A stretch of DNA of 64,000 bases from Lama guanicoe (lineage: Eukaryota), in contig MU053934.1 of the NCBI GenBank assembly GCA_013239625.1, forward strand, positions 3,738,399 to 3,802,398, written 5' to 3'. Position numbers and translations under genes: made by a program. Under the pieces are notes generated by a model, which saw only the letters and a program-made list of their open reading frames with translations, had not been told where the DNA came from and did not search any database. Shown here piece by piece: positions 24,501 through 35,430 of the stretch. Each line of letters starts with the position of its first letter. The first letter of the stretch is position 1.

Positions 24501-27500
24501 CGCTGGACGGCACCGTAGCAGCCGGCGATGAGATCACTGGTGTCAATGGCAGATCAATCAAAGGAAAAACTAAGGTGGAGGTGGCCAAGATGATTCAGGA
24601 GGTGAAGGTATGAGCTGTTGTGGGAGTGGGAACACGGAGGCACTTCTGAGACCTCCAGCCTGCCAGAGGCCCCTGCAGGCCTAGAAGGGAACTGGCCCTT
24701 TCACAGCTCCCCTCTGGGGAGCATCAGGGTCTGGGTCACACCGCTGCCTCCCTCGGTTTCTTCCGGGTTCATTCAGTAAATGTTAATTATACTCCAGGAC
24801 TTGGGCTGGGCCTGGGTGGGAAAGTGGGCACCAAGTCCAAAAGGTCCCTGTCCTCAAGCTCCCAGGAGAGCTGTCAGACTCGGAACCACACCGCAGGGTG
24901 AGCCAGTGTGTCCCCTGTCAGGGCTGCAGTGGAAGTTCGGAATCCAAGGTGAACCTCTCTGGGTCGGTAGACACCTGGGAGATGTCCACTGGGCCATGCG
25001 GGGCCCAGGAGGGTGTCAGAGGGAAAGGGGAGCCCCCACCTCTATCCCTGTGGGAACTTTCAGTGCAGAGGGTCCACTGGGCTCACACCCCCCCAGGGAC
25101 TCTTCTGGGCCTTGGGGCAGCTCCCAGTCCTGCAGACCACAATCACGCACTGCCTGTTCCTGCTTCCCCTCCCCACCCCCACTGCTCCAGGCCGTGGCCT
25201 CTCCCTGCAGGGCCCCCATCTCTCCGTGAATGGCAGGCAGCATCCCGGCCATGCACGGAAGCAGGCAGCCCCTTTGCCATGTCCTAGAGATTTTGCTGCT
25301 AGTGATTCTTGGGAAAGCAAAACAGTGAAGGAGGTGCAAAGTCATAGGATGTTTAAAAGTCTGAGAGTCAAGAGTCCCAACTGTCCGTTGAGCTTGGCCG
25401 AGTGTTTTAGCTCCCTCACCTCAGCCATCTAAACCTCTCCTCACCTCCCATCCATCCTCTGTCTTAAGGGCCCGATACCAGCATCCGTTACAGTCCCTCT
25501 TTCTTACCTTAGCCCAGGGCCAGCAGCTTCCACCTTCTCCCCTTTATTCTCCTCTTCTGCTCCACCTGGCCTGGAATTTACTGTCCCAGGCATTTCCTGT
25601 TGGGCAGAGGAGCTCATCACGGAAGGTGGTGGACCATGTGTTTCATTCTGGTACAGAACGAGGGTGCACATGCCCCGCCTGGATCCCCTTCCTCATCCCC
25701 CCATTTCTGCTCGTCAGAATCCTCATCTTCCAAGGCATATCTCGTGCCAGCCCCTCAGGTTGCCCATGAGGACAGGAGCTCTTCGTGTGTGCACAGCCTT
25801 GCCGTTCGCAGGGATCTCCCCACGGGTTATGGCCCCTGTTTTGCCAGTACCCAGAGAGAGGGGAGGGTTTGCTTGTGATCTGACAGCTGGTATGACTCCC
25901 ACTGCAGTGCTCCTTCCATTACCCTCAGCTGCTCCCGGTGGCGGTCCCTGAGGACCCTGCGCTGCAGCCTGAGAGCCTTTTGCATCTACCCCTGACTGAC
26001 TGCATCGGGCCACTTTGATTTCCCTTCAGGACTCAATTTGAAATCCTGTGTTGTACTTGAATGGGTTCAGTCCCAAGTTCAAGGGTCTTAGGATTTCAAG
26101 AACAAGAGCAACCGTGGTAGCCTCACGTGGTCAGGGAAGGCTTCTGGGGAGAAGCCGGCACCTCCCTTCCCATCACTAGACTGAGATTTGTGTAATTCCC
26201 CGTTTGCATCGGCCTCCCTTGCTGGCCTCGGGCCCTGGGGGCTGAGGCTGCCCTGCACCTGCTCTCTGGCGTCCCAGCAGCAGGCACAGAGAAGGTACTC
26301 AGACGTGTTTGTGGACTGAATGGAGGGACTCCTGAGGATGGGGATGATTTTGAGGATACTCTCACAGGAGAGGATACTCCGTGTGGTGAGAAAAATGAGG
26401 TAGCAGGGGTTTGGGGTGTGGCTATGGTGCGGGGGAAGGCAGGGGTGCCTGGTCTGGCTGGGGCACAGGACATCAGAGACTACCAGACGGTGAGCTCTGT
26501 GACAACTGGGACCATGTCAGTCCTTATCCCTGCTGATTCTCCAGGGCTTGGCACGTAGTGAGAGAAGGAGGGACCTGGGAGCAGATTGGTCACTATGCAG
26601 GGCCCTGCCCTGGCAGGGCTGAATTCACAGCCACTCTGGCCCTTCCCCAGGGCTCAGGATGCTCTCATGACCAGAGACTGTAGGGCAAACAGGCCTCCCC
26701 AGGAAAAGGACTTGGGGTCTGGGGGGCTCCGTCACAACTGCTTATTCTGCTTTTCCAGGGGGAGGTGACGATCCACTACAACAAGCTGCAGGCAGATCCC
26801 AAGCAGGGCATGTCCCTGGACATTGGTAAGCTGGGCCGGAGCAGTGGTGTCCAATGGCCCCACAAGCCCCTGCTCGGCCTTTTTATGACAATGCACCAGC
26901 AGCTGTGGTCTGGACTTTTCTGACCAAGCCAATCCAAGGGCCTGGGGAGACTCAAAGTGCTCTCCCTGTGGCTGGTCCCGGGAACCTATCCCTGCCCTGT
27001 GTTTCTTCCCCTTTCCCCAGCCACCTCTTCTGGGACCATGCTGTCCTACGGTTGTCCTTTTCAGGCCAGCCTTCCAGCTCACCATGCCCAGCCCCTCATC
27101 CTTCTGAAAGGGAGGGTGGCCCAGCCCTGGCACCTATGCCCACCTCCACACCTCCCCTCGGCCCTGGCCTTTTCTTTCACCCACTTGCTCCCAGGAAGGC
27201 TCAGGGTCTGAACTGGACCTCAGGTTTTGGGCAGAGAGTCACATTGCCTTCTGTTAGGAAAGCTGGGCCTTGGTTCTTTAGAAGCTTCAAGACTCAAGAG
27301 CTGGATAGTAGCTTCGAGGTCCTCTGGACCAGCCACCTCATTCCAGATCAAGGCCTGAGACTCAGAGAGGCTCTGTGTCCCCTGGGTAAATGCATACCCA
27401 GATCTCTGGGGTCCAGCACCCTTTCCCTATGCTCTTGGGCCAGAGCCACCTCCTAGTTTTTAAGGAAAGAGGCTAAGTGCAGATGGAGTCTATCCTGAAG

Positions 27501-30500
27501 GTTCTTCCTCTAAAACCCTTGGGTTCCATCCCAGTCCCCTTCCAAGGACTGGGTATGTGACCGTGTGTGTAGTAACTGAGCCTGGAGCCTGAGGCCAGTT
27601 GTCATTGACAGTGCCTCCGCTCCTGGATGTGAGAGAGATGGAGAAGAGGTTCTCTTTGGTTGGCCTGACGGCCCTATCAAACCTGGGCAACTCTGGGGTC
27701 TCAGTGGTAGCCGGCAGCTACTTCGAGTGCCAGGCCCTTGGTTAGGTGCTTTACATGTTCACCTTCCAGGTTCTCAACACCTGTCTGAAGTGGACAGTGA
27801 ATAGGGCAGGGGGCCAGAACCCCAGTTTGGGACACTCCCCACTTCAGTCACCCTCACACCAAACCCCAGTTCAGCCCCTTCTGCCCCTGGGGTCATTCCC
27901 AGTGAGTGGTGATGGGGGCAGGGATGGCCGGGGCCCCAAACTCCACCTCACTGAGTCCCCTTCTCACCTGGTCCCAGTGTTGAAGAAGGTGAAGCACCGG
28001 CTGGTAGAGAACATGAGTTCGGGGACCGCAGATGCTCTGGGCCTGAGCCGGGCCATCCTGTGCAATGGTGAGTCCCCTCCTCCCACCCACCTCTGGTCCC
28101 AGGGGCCTTAGGCCTAGGCGTCCAGGGGGAGGGGCACCACGGCTGCCCACCAAGCTGACGTGGGGCCCTCAGACCTGGGCCTGGCCTCTGCTTGTGGGGC
28201 CAATACTCACCATCTCTTTGTATCCCTGAGGCCTATCCATCTCCCAGAGGGCATCCACAGTGGTCAGCTGAGGCATCTTACAGCCAGTGTCCCCACTCCC
28301 GAGCAGGGATTCACAGGCTCAGGTCATAGATGAGGAAACAGAGTCACAGTGGAGAGGTGCCTCCTGCTGGCTCCCTGAGCTGGTGCCTTCGCCACTGCCC
28401 CAGCTGCTCTCCCACAGCCAGGCCTCGGCCCCTGCCCCGGTGCCCCGCTCCCAGCCTGTTTTCTCACCCCAGCGCGCACTGCACTCTGCTCCCGGCAGCC
28501 CGCTTGGCCCCTGCTTCTCTCCAGAAGGTGGCGCTGCTGCCCTTGTCCCAGCAGTTCCTGCCCAGGCTGGAGGTGGCGTACACGCACATTCACACCCACG
28601 CATGTGTGTGCACACACGCTCTCTCCGGGGAAGGAGGGGGCAGTGAAACACTCAGTCTGCTCCTACCATCACCAGCCTGAGTTTATAAATAGCAGCAACT
28701 CTGCTGTGTACATGTGGGGACAGATATAAATACCTATATAAATTGGAGGCTCAGCTGGGCACACTGGGCTTTATTGGCTGGGACGTGGGGGTGGGGTCTG
28801 AGCTTGTTCCAAATGGTGTACAAAAGTGGTGGTGCTATTTCCAGCTTCTTGGTGTCTATAAATCCCTGTTACTGTAGTTACCATGCGTTGAGATGAAATT
28901 AGAACTGGTTGTTGTGTTTTTTCCCCCAGACCTTGCAATTTCCCCAGCCTTAAATAGGGTTTCTAAAATTGAAGCTGTCATGATGTCCCATGACCCAGCT
29001 AAAAACAACAGCACGGCGCTTACGTGGCTCCTTCCCTGCCAGGCTGGTCGGGCGCCAGGGCTCTGGGGAGCCAGGGCCTGGAGGCCGGCTGGGTGACCGA
29101 AGCCTCCTGAAGGCCTCCGAGATGCTCCCTTCCAGCCCCCAGAGTCTGAGCTTTCCTTTTTGACAGCACAACACACGGCCATCTTCTCTGCCCAGAGAAA
29201 GGCCCAGATCTGGCTTTTGCTATTCCCCTACTCTCCTGCCACTCAAAACCCTGGCCCCGGTCAGCAGAGGAGCCTGGGGGGCAGAGGGCACCTCCACCTG
29301 GATAGCCCTTGCTGTGTGCCTTTAGGCAAGTTCCTTTACCTCTCTGTCCCTCGGTTTTCTCTGTAAGATAAGGGAAGTAGTCTCTGCCGCAGAGGCTCAT
29401 ATGGAGGAAGGACTGAGCTATGTGGAGGGAACTCAGGGAGGCCAGGCCCTGCCCTAGGAGGCCCGGGCAAGGAAGCCACCGACATGGGTCTTGCCCTGCA
29501 GTTGCTGCTGGTGCTCCTGATGGGGATGTGGGAGTGGAGGATGGTGGTGCTCACTGCTGGTGGGCACCCTGCCCCGCCCTAATCTGGAATGCCAGGGCCC
29601 ATCCCTGGCAATCCACTTGCTCCCATTTTGAGCCCTTGAGGTGAGGCAGCTGCCTCCACCCCTCACCTTACAGCCCAGCTGTCTGCCAGTCATGGCCTGG
29701 CTACTGTCACTGCTGGACTATAAACCTTAAGTGCACAACTCAGATTTCATTCACCAGTCATTCCTGGGTCTCATGTGGGGTCAGGCACACAGTGGATGCT
29801 GGAGAGACACCTGCTGAGCAAATGAAGACACTCACCAAGGCCTGCTCCAATGTGAGCTTGTCCTCGGAGCTTTTCCAGAATTTCTGTCCCCTCCCCAGAT
29901 CATTCTCCCTTCTGATCCGTCGTGCGGTGGGAGGGCTGCCCTGAGCCTGCGCTGGAGTTCTTGTATCTGTCTCCTCGTGTCTCACTGCCTCACTCCTTGG
30001 CCGTTGGCAGAGTTTGTGTTAAAAGAACGGGGGCCTTGACCACTAGGCGGGGGCTTGCCTTCTGCTGGCCGTGGAGCCACCCACAGGTTTGGCCGCAGGG
30101 AGGGCCCAACCGTTTTTCGCTCATGACCTTTGGAAGTACCTGCATCATTGTCATCTTTCTGCACCTTTGGAGTGCCCCAGCCTGCTGGGGTGGTGCTCAT
30201 GTCAGGAGCGTCCTGAGGGGACATCCTGTCCGCCCTCCACTTGCCTCTTGTCTGTCTGTGCTGGGCTCTTTACAGAACACGCCTGAGCCCAGCTGCCCCC
30301 GTGGTGCCAGATCCCCCTCCCTGGGTCCCCATTCTCTGCCGCTCCTGGTTCTCCTCTGGGGGCCACCTTGCCCCTCCCGAGTGGGCCCCTGAATCTCTCC
30401 CCTCCCATCGCGGCTCTCTGATCCTCACAGATGGGCTTGTCAAGAGGCTTGAGGAGCTGGAGCAGACCGCCGAGCTGTATAAAGGTGGGCAGGTGCACCC

Positions 30501-33500
30501 TCTGGGTGGGGGGGTGGGGGGGCGGCGATTCCAGTCTGGGAAGTGCCCTGCACTGGCTGTACCCTGGGGTGGAGCTCTAGAGCACAAGGTGGTGACAATG
30601 GGGCAGGAATGCCCGCCTACACAGTTCTAGGACCAGGGCTGTTAAAAATTCTTAAGGAAAAAAATCTTAATGCATACTTTTTTGATTATAAAAGTACTTA
30701 CATGCCCATACAAATCAAATAATGGCATGTGTAGACCTAGTGAGAACCCCCAGAATCACACTGTCCCAGAGGTAAAGCCCAGGGGAGGCTTTGTTCGCCT
30801 TCTGCCCCTGGGAAGTCTTGGCTCCCCTGTCTGATGGGGGCTGGTCATGGGTGGGGCCGGGACTGGCCGAGCCTTCAACCCTGGGCCCTAGTGAGGCTAT
30901 GGGAAAGGTCTGAACCCCAGGAACATTGAGGGCCTTGGGTGGGGTGGGTGGCTGGAGGCTGTGCCCTGGGCCAGCGTGGTCCCCACCGTGTGCCCCCATC
31001 TCCCTTGGTTGGGTCTCTCCCACAGGGATGACAGAACACACCAAGAATCTCCTACGGGCCTTTTATGAGCTGTCTCAGACGCACCGGGGTAAGGATGCCC
31101 CAAACCTGCTTTGTGACCCTGGAAAAACCCTTGACCCTTTCTGGGCTCAGCACCCACCCACCCCCATACAGTGAGGGTGCAGCCAAGCTCCTCCCCAGGG
31201 CCTTTCTCATGCCCATGCTTAGGCAGACACACGGCATCTGACCTCAGGCCAGGTTTGGGCTGCAATGTCTCGGTTTGGGCTGCACATGTCTCAGTGCTGG
31301 GTTGTAGCAATAATGGGACCAGTGGGGAGCATCTGGACCAGCTAGTCTCCTGCGGGGCACTGTCACTGGTCTGGGCCCTGTCCCGTCTATCTGTACTGGT
31401 GTTTATATGCATAAGGCCCTTCCTTATTCATGATCTCATTCCCTATAAGTTTGTTAGCTGTGCGGGGCAGCTACAGTTCACCCCATTTTACGGTTGAGAA
31501 AACAAAGCCCAGACAGAGAAAGTGGTCACGCAGCTCCTTAGGGGCGGGGTTGGCCTTAGGACCAGATTCCCAGCCTAGTGCTTGGCCCTCAGAAGGCTGC
31601 ACCTCCTCCAGCCTGGGCCCAGCCTTCTCCCATGGTCTGGGCACTTTGGGGAATGAGGGCCAGTTCCCTCGGGTATAGACTCAGCTTTCTTGGGGATTTA
31701 GATCCAACACTCAGGGGTATAGACGCCCCTTTCTTGAGATGTAGACCCACCTCCCTAGAGTTGTAGACCTCAGGCAGACCTTGGCCTCCAGCCTGCCACG
31801 CCCCTTGCATTGCTTATCCCCAGCAAATCCCTGGCTCCTCCGTTAAGGGGCAAGTAGGGGCTGCCTTCAGGACAAACTTGTCGTGCAGCCTTTGGGGACG
31901 TGTTCTCCGTGATCGGGGTGCGGGAGCCCCAGCCAGCTGCGAGTGAGGCTTTCGTGAAGTTTGCCGACGCCCACCGCAGCATCGAGAAGTTTGGCGTCCG
32001 GCTGCTGAAAACCATCAAGCCGGTAGGTCATGTCGAGCGTGCGTGTGTCAGCATGTGAGGGTAGAGAGGGGACAGTGTGGCGAGCAGCAAGGGTCCCATT
32101 CTGTAGTCGGAGCACCTAGGTGCAGGGTCTGGCATGGTCCCCTACACAGCTGACCGTGGGTTAGTCACTCTGCCCCCTTGGCCTCAGTGTTGCCCTCCAG
32201 GCTGGTTTCTGGCCCTGGCTCCACCAGAGCCTCAGCTTGCCCTGGGCCTAGCCTGTCTTCTCATCCTTGAATGGACAGGGCTGTCTGGGAGCACCCTTTG
32301 GCTCTGACACTGAGTCCATTAGAAGGATTGACACATCAGGCCATTCCTTGTCACCCTGGCCAGCCTGACCCCCCTGCCCGTGGGGTCCTGAGCATCTGCC
32401 CCCCTCCTCCCCTTCCAGATGCTGACAGACCTGAACACGTACCTCAACAAAGCCATCCCAGACACTCGCCTCACCATCAAGAAGTACCTGGACGTGAAGT
32501 TTGAGTACCTGGTGAGTGGTCTCCAGCTTCTGGGGTAGGTGGGGTGGTGGGCCCAGCCTGCTGGGGTAAGAACCCACCTGGAGATTTGCCCCTTCTCCGT
32601 CAGCTACATGATGGCCAGCAGGACAGGGCCAGAACCTCTGTCACATCTGAGTGAGGATGTGAGACCAGGGGCCTGAGAAGGTGCTGGGGACTCGGGCTCA
32701 GAGAAGTCCCTGGGAGCCTGGGGTGGGCAGAGCCCTCACTCTGGACCTCTCTGACCCCATGGGAATTCTTTGGTCACTTTTAACAAGTTAGATTAGGTCA
32801 GTGGTTATAAAGTGGGTGCCAAGGAATGCTAATGAGTTTTATGTTCAAATAATAATTCTGTGGTCAAAGGAGTTGAGGAAAAAATACTCCACCAACCAAG
32901 CCAAGGTCCTTTGCTTCAGGACTTCTCAGAGCCTTTGATTAGGCCCATGTGCGACCTGGGCCTTCCAGGGCCTTCCCCAACTCTTTGGACCATGGAACCT
33001 TTTTTTTCCCAGAGCATCTCTTGGGACTTGAGTGTAGTAAATGCTGGACTGTCTGTCAGGCTCTTTCCACCCTCCTAGATGAGTGTCCTTGTGGCCACCC
33101 TGCTGCCCTGAGCCTCCTGAGCAAGGGCCAGTCCGAGTGAGGTGTCTGCCTCTCCCTGATGCGTCTGAGCCCATTCCAGCTGAGGGTACGCAGGGCCCAT
33201 GAGGCCTGGCATAGCTGCTCCTCTGGGTGACTCAGGGGTACAGCGTGGCATAGGAGGAACTGGGGACATCAGGGTAGGCATCCAGGTGGTGCAGCCACTC
33301 TGACAGTGTGGCCTCACCTGTCCCACACAGTCATACTGCCTGAAGGTGAAGGAGATGGACGACGAGGAATACAGCTGCATTGTGAGTGCCACCGGCGGGC
33401 AGGGGCGTGGCCCTGGTATTTGAAAGGCTTGGGATATACAGACCTTCCCCTACCAGCCCCAAAAATGTCCTGGGGACACCAGGTGCATAGGATAACCCCC

Positions 33501-34892
33501 GAAAAGACCTAGGGGGCTTGGCCAGGCTCTTGTTTCTGGAGATGTGGGGCTATCCACCCCCAGCCCCGGCCTCTCTGGGCCTTAGAGTGCTGGCCAGCTT
33601 GCTATGGAACCACTCCCACTGCCTGCCCCCAGACCAGCTGCCTCCCCCACTCCCCGACTTTGTGAGGCTCTTGCAGGGAAAAACTGACTCTCTTAACTCC
33701 TAAGAGGCACTTTTACTTTTTAACATTTTTGGTATCAGGGTCCATCTATGACTAAATGTTCATTTGTTTAATGCAGCAAGGGGTTAGTGGCTTTTTTGTG
33801 TTTTTCACAAAGTTATTATTAAGTGCTTCTAGCAACAGCTGACATCTCAGAAACGGGGAACCATGGGAGCTTTGAAGAGTGCAGTGTGGTGCAGGGGTGT
33901 GAGCTTCCTGCCCCCGCCCCCAGCTGCCCCAGAGCAGGCTCCCCGCGCTGCCCCGAGTCCCTGATGTGCTGCTCCCTGCCCCAGGCCCTAGGGGAGCCCC
34001 TGTACCGCGTGAGCACAGGCAACTACGAGTACCGCCTGATCCTGCGCTGCCGCCAGGAGGCCCGCGCCCGCTTCTCCCAGATGCGCAAGGATGTGCTGGA
34101 GAAGATGGAGCTGCTGGATCAGAAGCACGGTGAGGGGCGCGGCGGGCACTGGGGCCCGTGGGGCACCCTGCCTCAGGCAACCCCTGCATCACCTCAGTAT
34201 GGTCCGGTAGGAACCATCTTCTCCCCATTTCAGAGCTGGAAAAACCATGGCCCAGAGAGGTACAGTACTTCCCCGAGGTCCCAATACAAGCCCACGGCAG
34301 AGCTCTGAGTCGGACCCAAAGTGGAAAACTCTGGCAACAGCTTCCCAAACCCTGGCCTGGGTGGGACTGGCCATGCCCCGTGGGCTCCTTGGGGTGTAGT
34401 CCACCATCCCTCCACCCTGGCAGGGCTCCTCCACTCCCTGACCTGGGAGCTGGGAGGCTGGGTTCTGTGTAAGGCCGGGTAGCCCTGGCCTTGCCCCCTC
34501 CTGGGGCATGAGGGGAAGTCCGGAGGAGGCAGGCGGGCCCAGGCAAGCATGGAGGGTCTCCTAAACGCGCAGGCAGCCCCAGCCCGCTGACACCTGTCTG
34601 CCGCCCTTCTGCCCCAGTCCAGGACATCGTGTTCCAGCTGCAGCGCTTCGTGTCCACCATGTCCAAGTACTACAACGACTGCTACGCAGTGCTGCGTGAC
34701 GCCGACGTCTTCCCCATCGAGGTGGACCTGGCCCACACCACGCTGGCCTACGGTCTCGGCCAGGACGAGTTCACTGACGGCGAGGACGAGGAGGAAGATG
34801 ACGATGAGGACACGGCAGCCAGGGAGGCGTCCAGGGATGCGCGAGGGGCTGCTGGGCCCCTGCACAAGGGTGGAAGCTGGTGTGACTCCTGA
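18488..34892 (+). CDS. PICK1: PICK1 (protein interacting with C kinase 1; PDZ + BAR), complete spliced CDS, 1254 nt / 417 aa
   Basis: Join 18488-18528, 19624-19735, 24479-24607, 26759-26825, 27978-28067, 30431-30484, 31026-31088, 31889-32022, 32419-32511, 33331-33381, 33985-34129, 34618-34892. All GT-AG and in frame. Translates MFADLDYDIEEDKLGIPTVPGKVTLQKDAQNLIGISIGGGAQYCPCLY...GGSWCDS*. Confidence 0.99.
19265..19445 (-). mobile_element. MIR
   Basis: CCATTTTACGAATGAGGAGACTGAGATGCAGAGAGGGTGACTTACTCATCCAAGTCCCACAGCT core. Other MIR cores at ~600, 5590, 5920, 6500, 20200, 35600, 41100, 54720, 60600, 63520. Confidence 0.7.
19624..19735 (+). CDS. PICK1: PICK1 exon 3 (PDZ, CPC motif)
   Basis: ctctag|T GGA ATC; GIPTVPGKVTLQKDAQNLIGISIGGGAQYCPCLYIVQ; CAG|gtact. 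Confidence 0.97.
20860..21017 (-). mobile_element. tRNA-Ala-derived SINE (Vic-1 type, camelid)
   Basis: Reverse complement GGGTATAGCTCAGTGGTAGAGTGTGTGCTTAGAATGCACAAGGTCCTGGGTTCAATCCCCAGTACCTCCATTAAAA plus AT-rich tail. Confidence 0.9.
21470..21805 (-). mobile_element. L1 3'UTR fragment (lineage-specific)
   Basis: T-tail then TTATTGAGTTATAGTTGTTTTACAATGTTGTG...TTCCCTGTGCTATA...GGCAACTACAAGTTTGT, typical of an artiodactyl L1 3' end. Confidence 0.8.
21950..23500 (-). mobile_element. Old L1M fragments in PICK1 intron 3
   Basis: TTTTATTGTGAAATTCACATAACATAC...ATTCACTCATCTGTTGATGGACATTTGGGTTG...GGAATTGCTGGGTCATATG; T-rich continuation. Confidence 0.75.
24479..24607 (+). CDS. PICK1: PICK1 exon 4 (PDZ)
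   Basis: VFDNTPAALDGTVAAGDEITGVNGRSIKGKTKVEVAKMIQEVK; cag| and |gtatga. Confidence 0.97.
26759..26825 (+). CDS. PICK1: PICK1 exon 5
   Basis: GEVTIHYNKLQADPKQGMSLDI; ttccag| and |gtaagc. Confidence 0.97.
27978..28067 (+). CDS. PICK1: PICK1 exon 6
   Basis: VLKKVKHRLVENMSSGTADALGLSRAILCN; |gtgagt. Confidence 0.97.
30431..30484 (+). CDS. PICK1: PICK1 exon 7 (BAR)
   Basis: DGLVKRLEELEQTAELYK; cacag| and |gtgggc. Confidence 0.96.
31026..31088 (+). CDS. PICK1: PICK1 exon 8
   Basis: GMTEHTKNLLRAFYELSQTHR; |gtaagg. Confidence 0.96.
31889..32022 (+). CDS. PICK1: PICK1 exon 9
   Basis: AFGDVFSVIGVREPQPAASEAFVKFADAHRSIEKFGVRLLKTIKP; |gtaggt. Confidence 0.95.
32419..32511 (+). CDS. PICK1: PICK1 exon 10
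   Basis: MLTDLNTYLNKAIPDTRLTIKKYLDVKFEYL; |gtgagt. Confidence 0.97.
33331..33381 (+). CDS. PICK1: PICK1 exon 11
   Basis: SYCLKVKEMDDEEYSCI; |gtgagt. Confidence 0.96.
33985..34129 (+). CDS. PICK1: PICK1 exon 12
   Basis: ALGEPLYRVSTGNYEYRLILRCRQEARARFSQMRKDVLEKMELLDQKH; |gtgagg. Confidence 0.97.
34618..34892 (+). CDS. PICK1: PICK1 last coding exon (acidic C-terminal tract)
   Basis: VQDIVFQLQRFVSTMSKYYNDCY...DGEDEEEDDDEDT...GGSWCDS; TGA at 34890-34892. Confidence 0.97.
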
Positions 34893-35424
34893 GTGCCCCC
34901 TTAGGGTGCAGCTCTTGGGGGTAGGGTGAGTGGGAGGATGGCAGCATGGGAACGGGGGTGGGGCCGCTGCACAACAGGGTGGCGCATAAAGGCCTGCTGG
35001 CTTGGGGCGCCTGCCTCCCTGCTCCTCTGTCCTAGCACAGCGAACCCGGGCTCCTGCCCAGGAAAGGCACTGGGGCCATGGCCTGGGACCTGGACACTGG
35101 CCCCCTCCACCTCCCCTTCCCACCTCCCCAGCCAGTTGGAGAGCTTGGTCTTTGGACCTGCCTTAGGAAGGAGAGAGGGCAGAAAGAAAGAGGGGTTGGA
35201 AGTGGCAGGAAGTCCAGGGCCCATTCCTCGTGGGCACCTCCACTGGCCCCGGGAGTGGGGGCCGCAGGTGGACAGCCGAGGTTGGGGCCAATGTTTCGTG
35301 TACACCCTCACCTCACCCTAGGCTGGCCCCAGTCCAGTCCACACTCACCTTGGCGGCCTTTATTTATTTTATTCCACAGCTCAGCACTTCCCTGGGGAAG
35401 GGCTGGGCGCTGGGGCCTGTATTG

Positions 35425-35430
35425 AATAAA
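35425..35430 (+). terminator. PICK1: PICK1 polyadenylation signal AATAAA
   Basis: First AATAAA I found after the stop (~530 nt downstream), preceded by a U-rich TTTATTTATTTT tract at ~35359. Confidence 0.8.

Noticed and set aside
33752..35123. 304-aa and 297-aa minus-strand ORFs
   Set aside because: Antisense to PICK1 exons 12-13 in GC-rich DNA; no domain similarity or splice logic.
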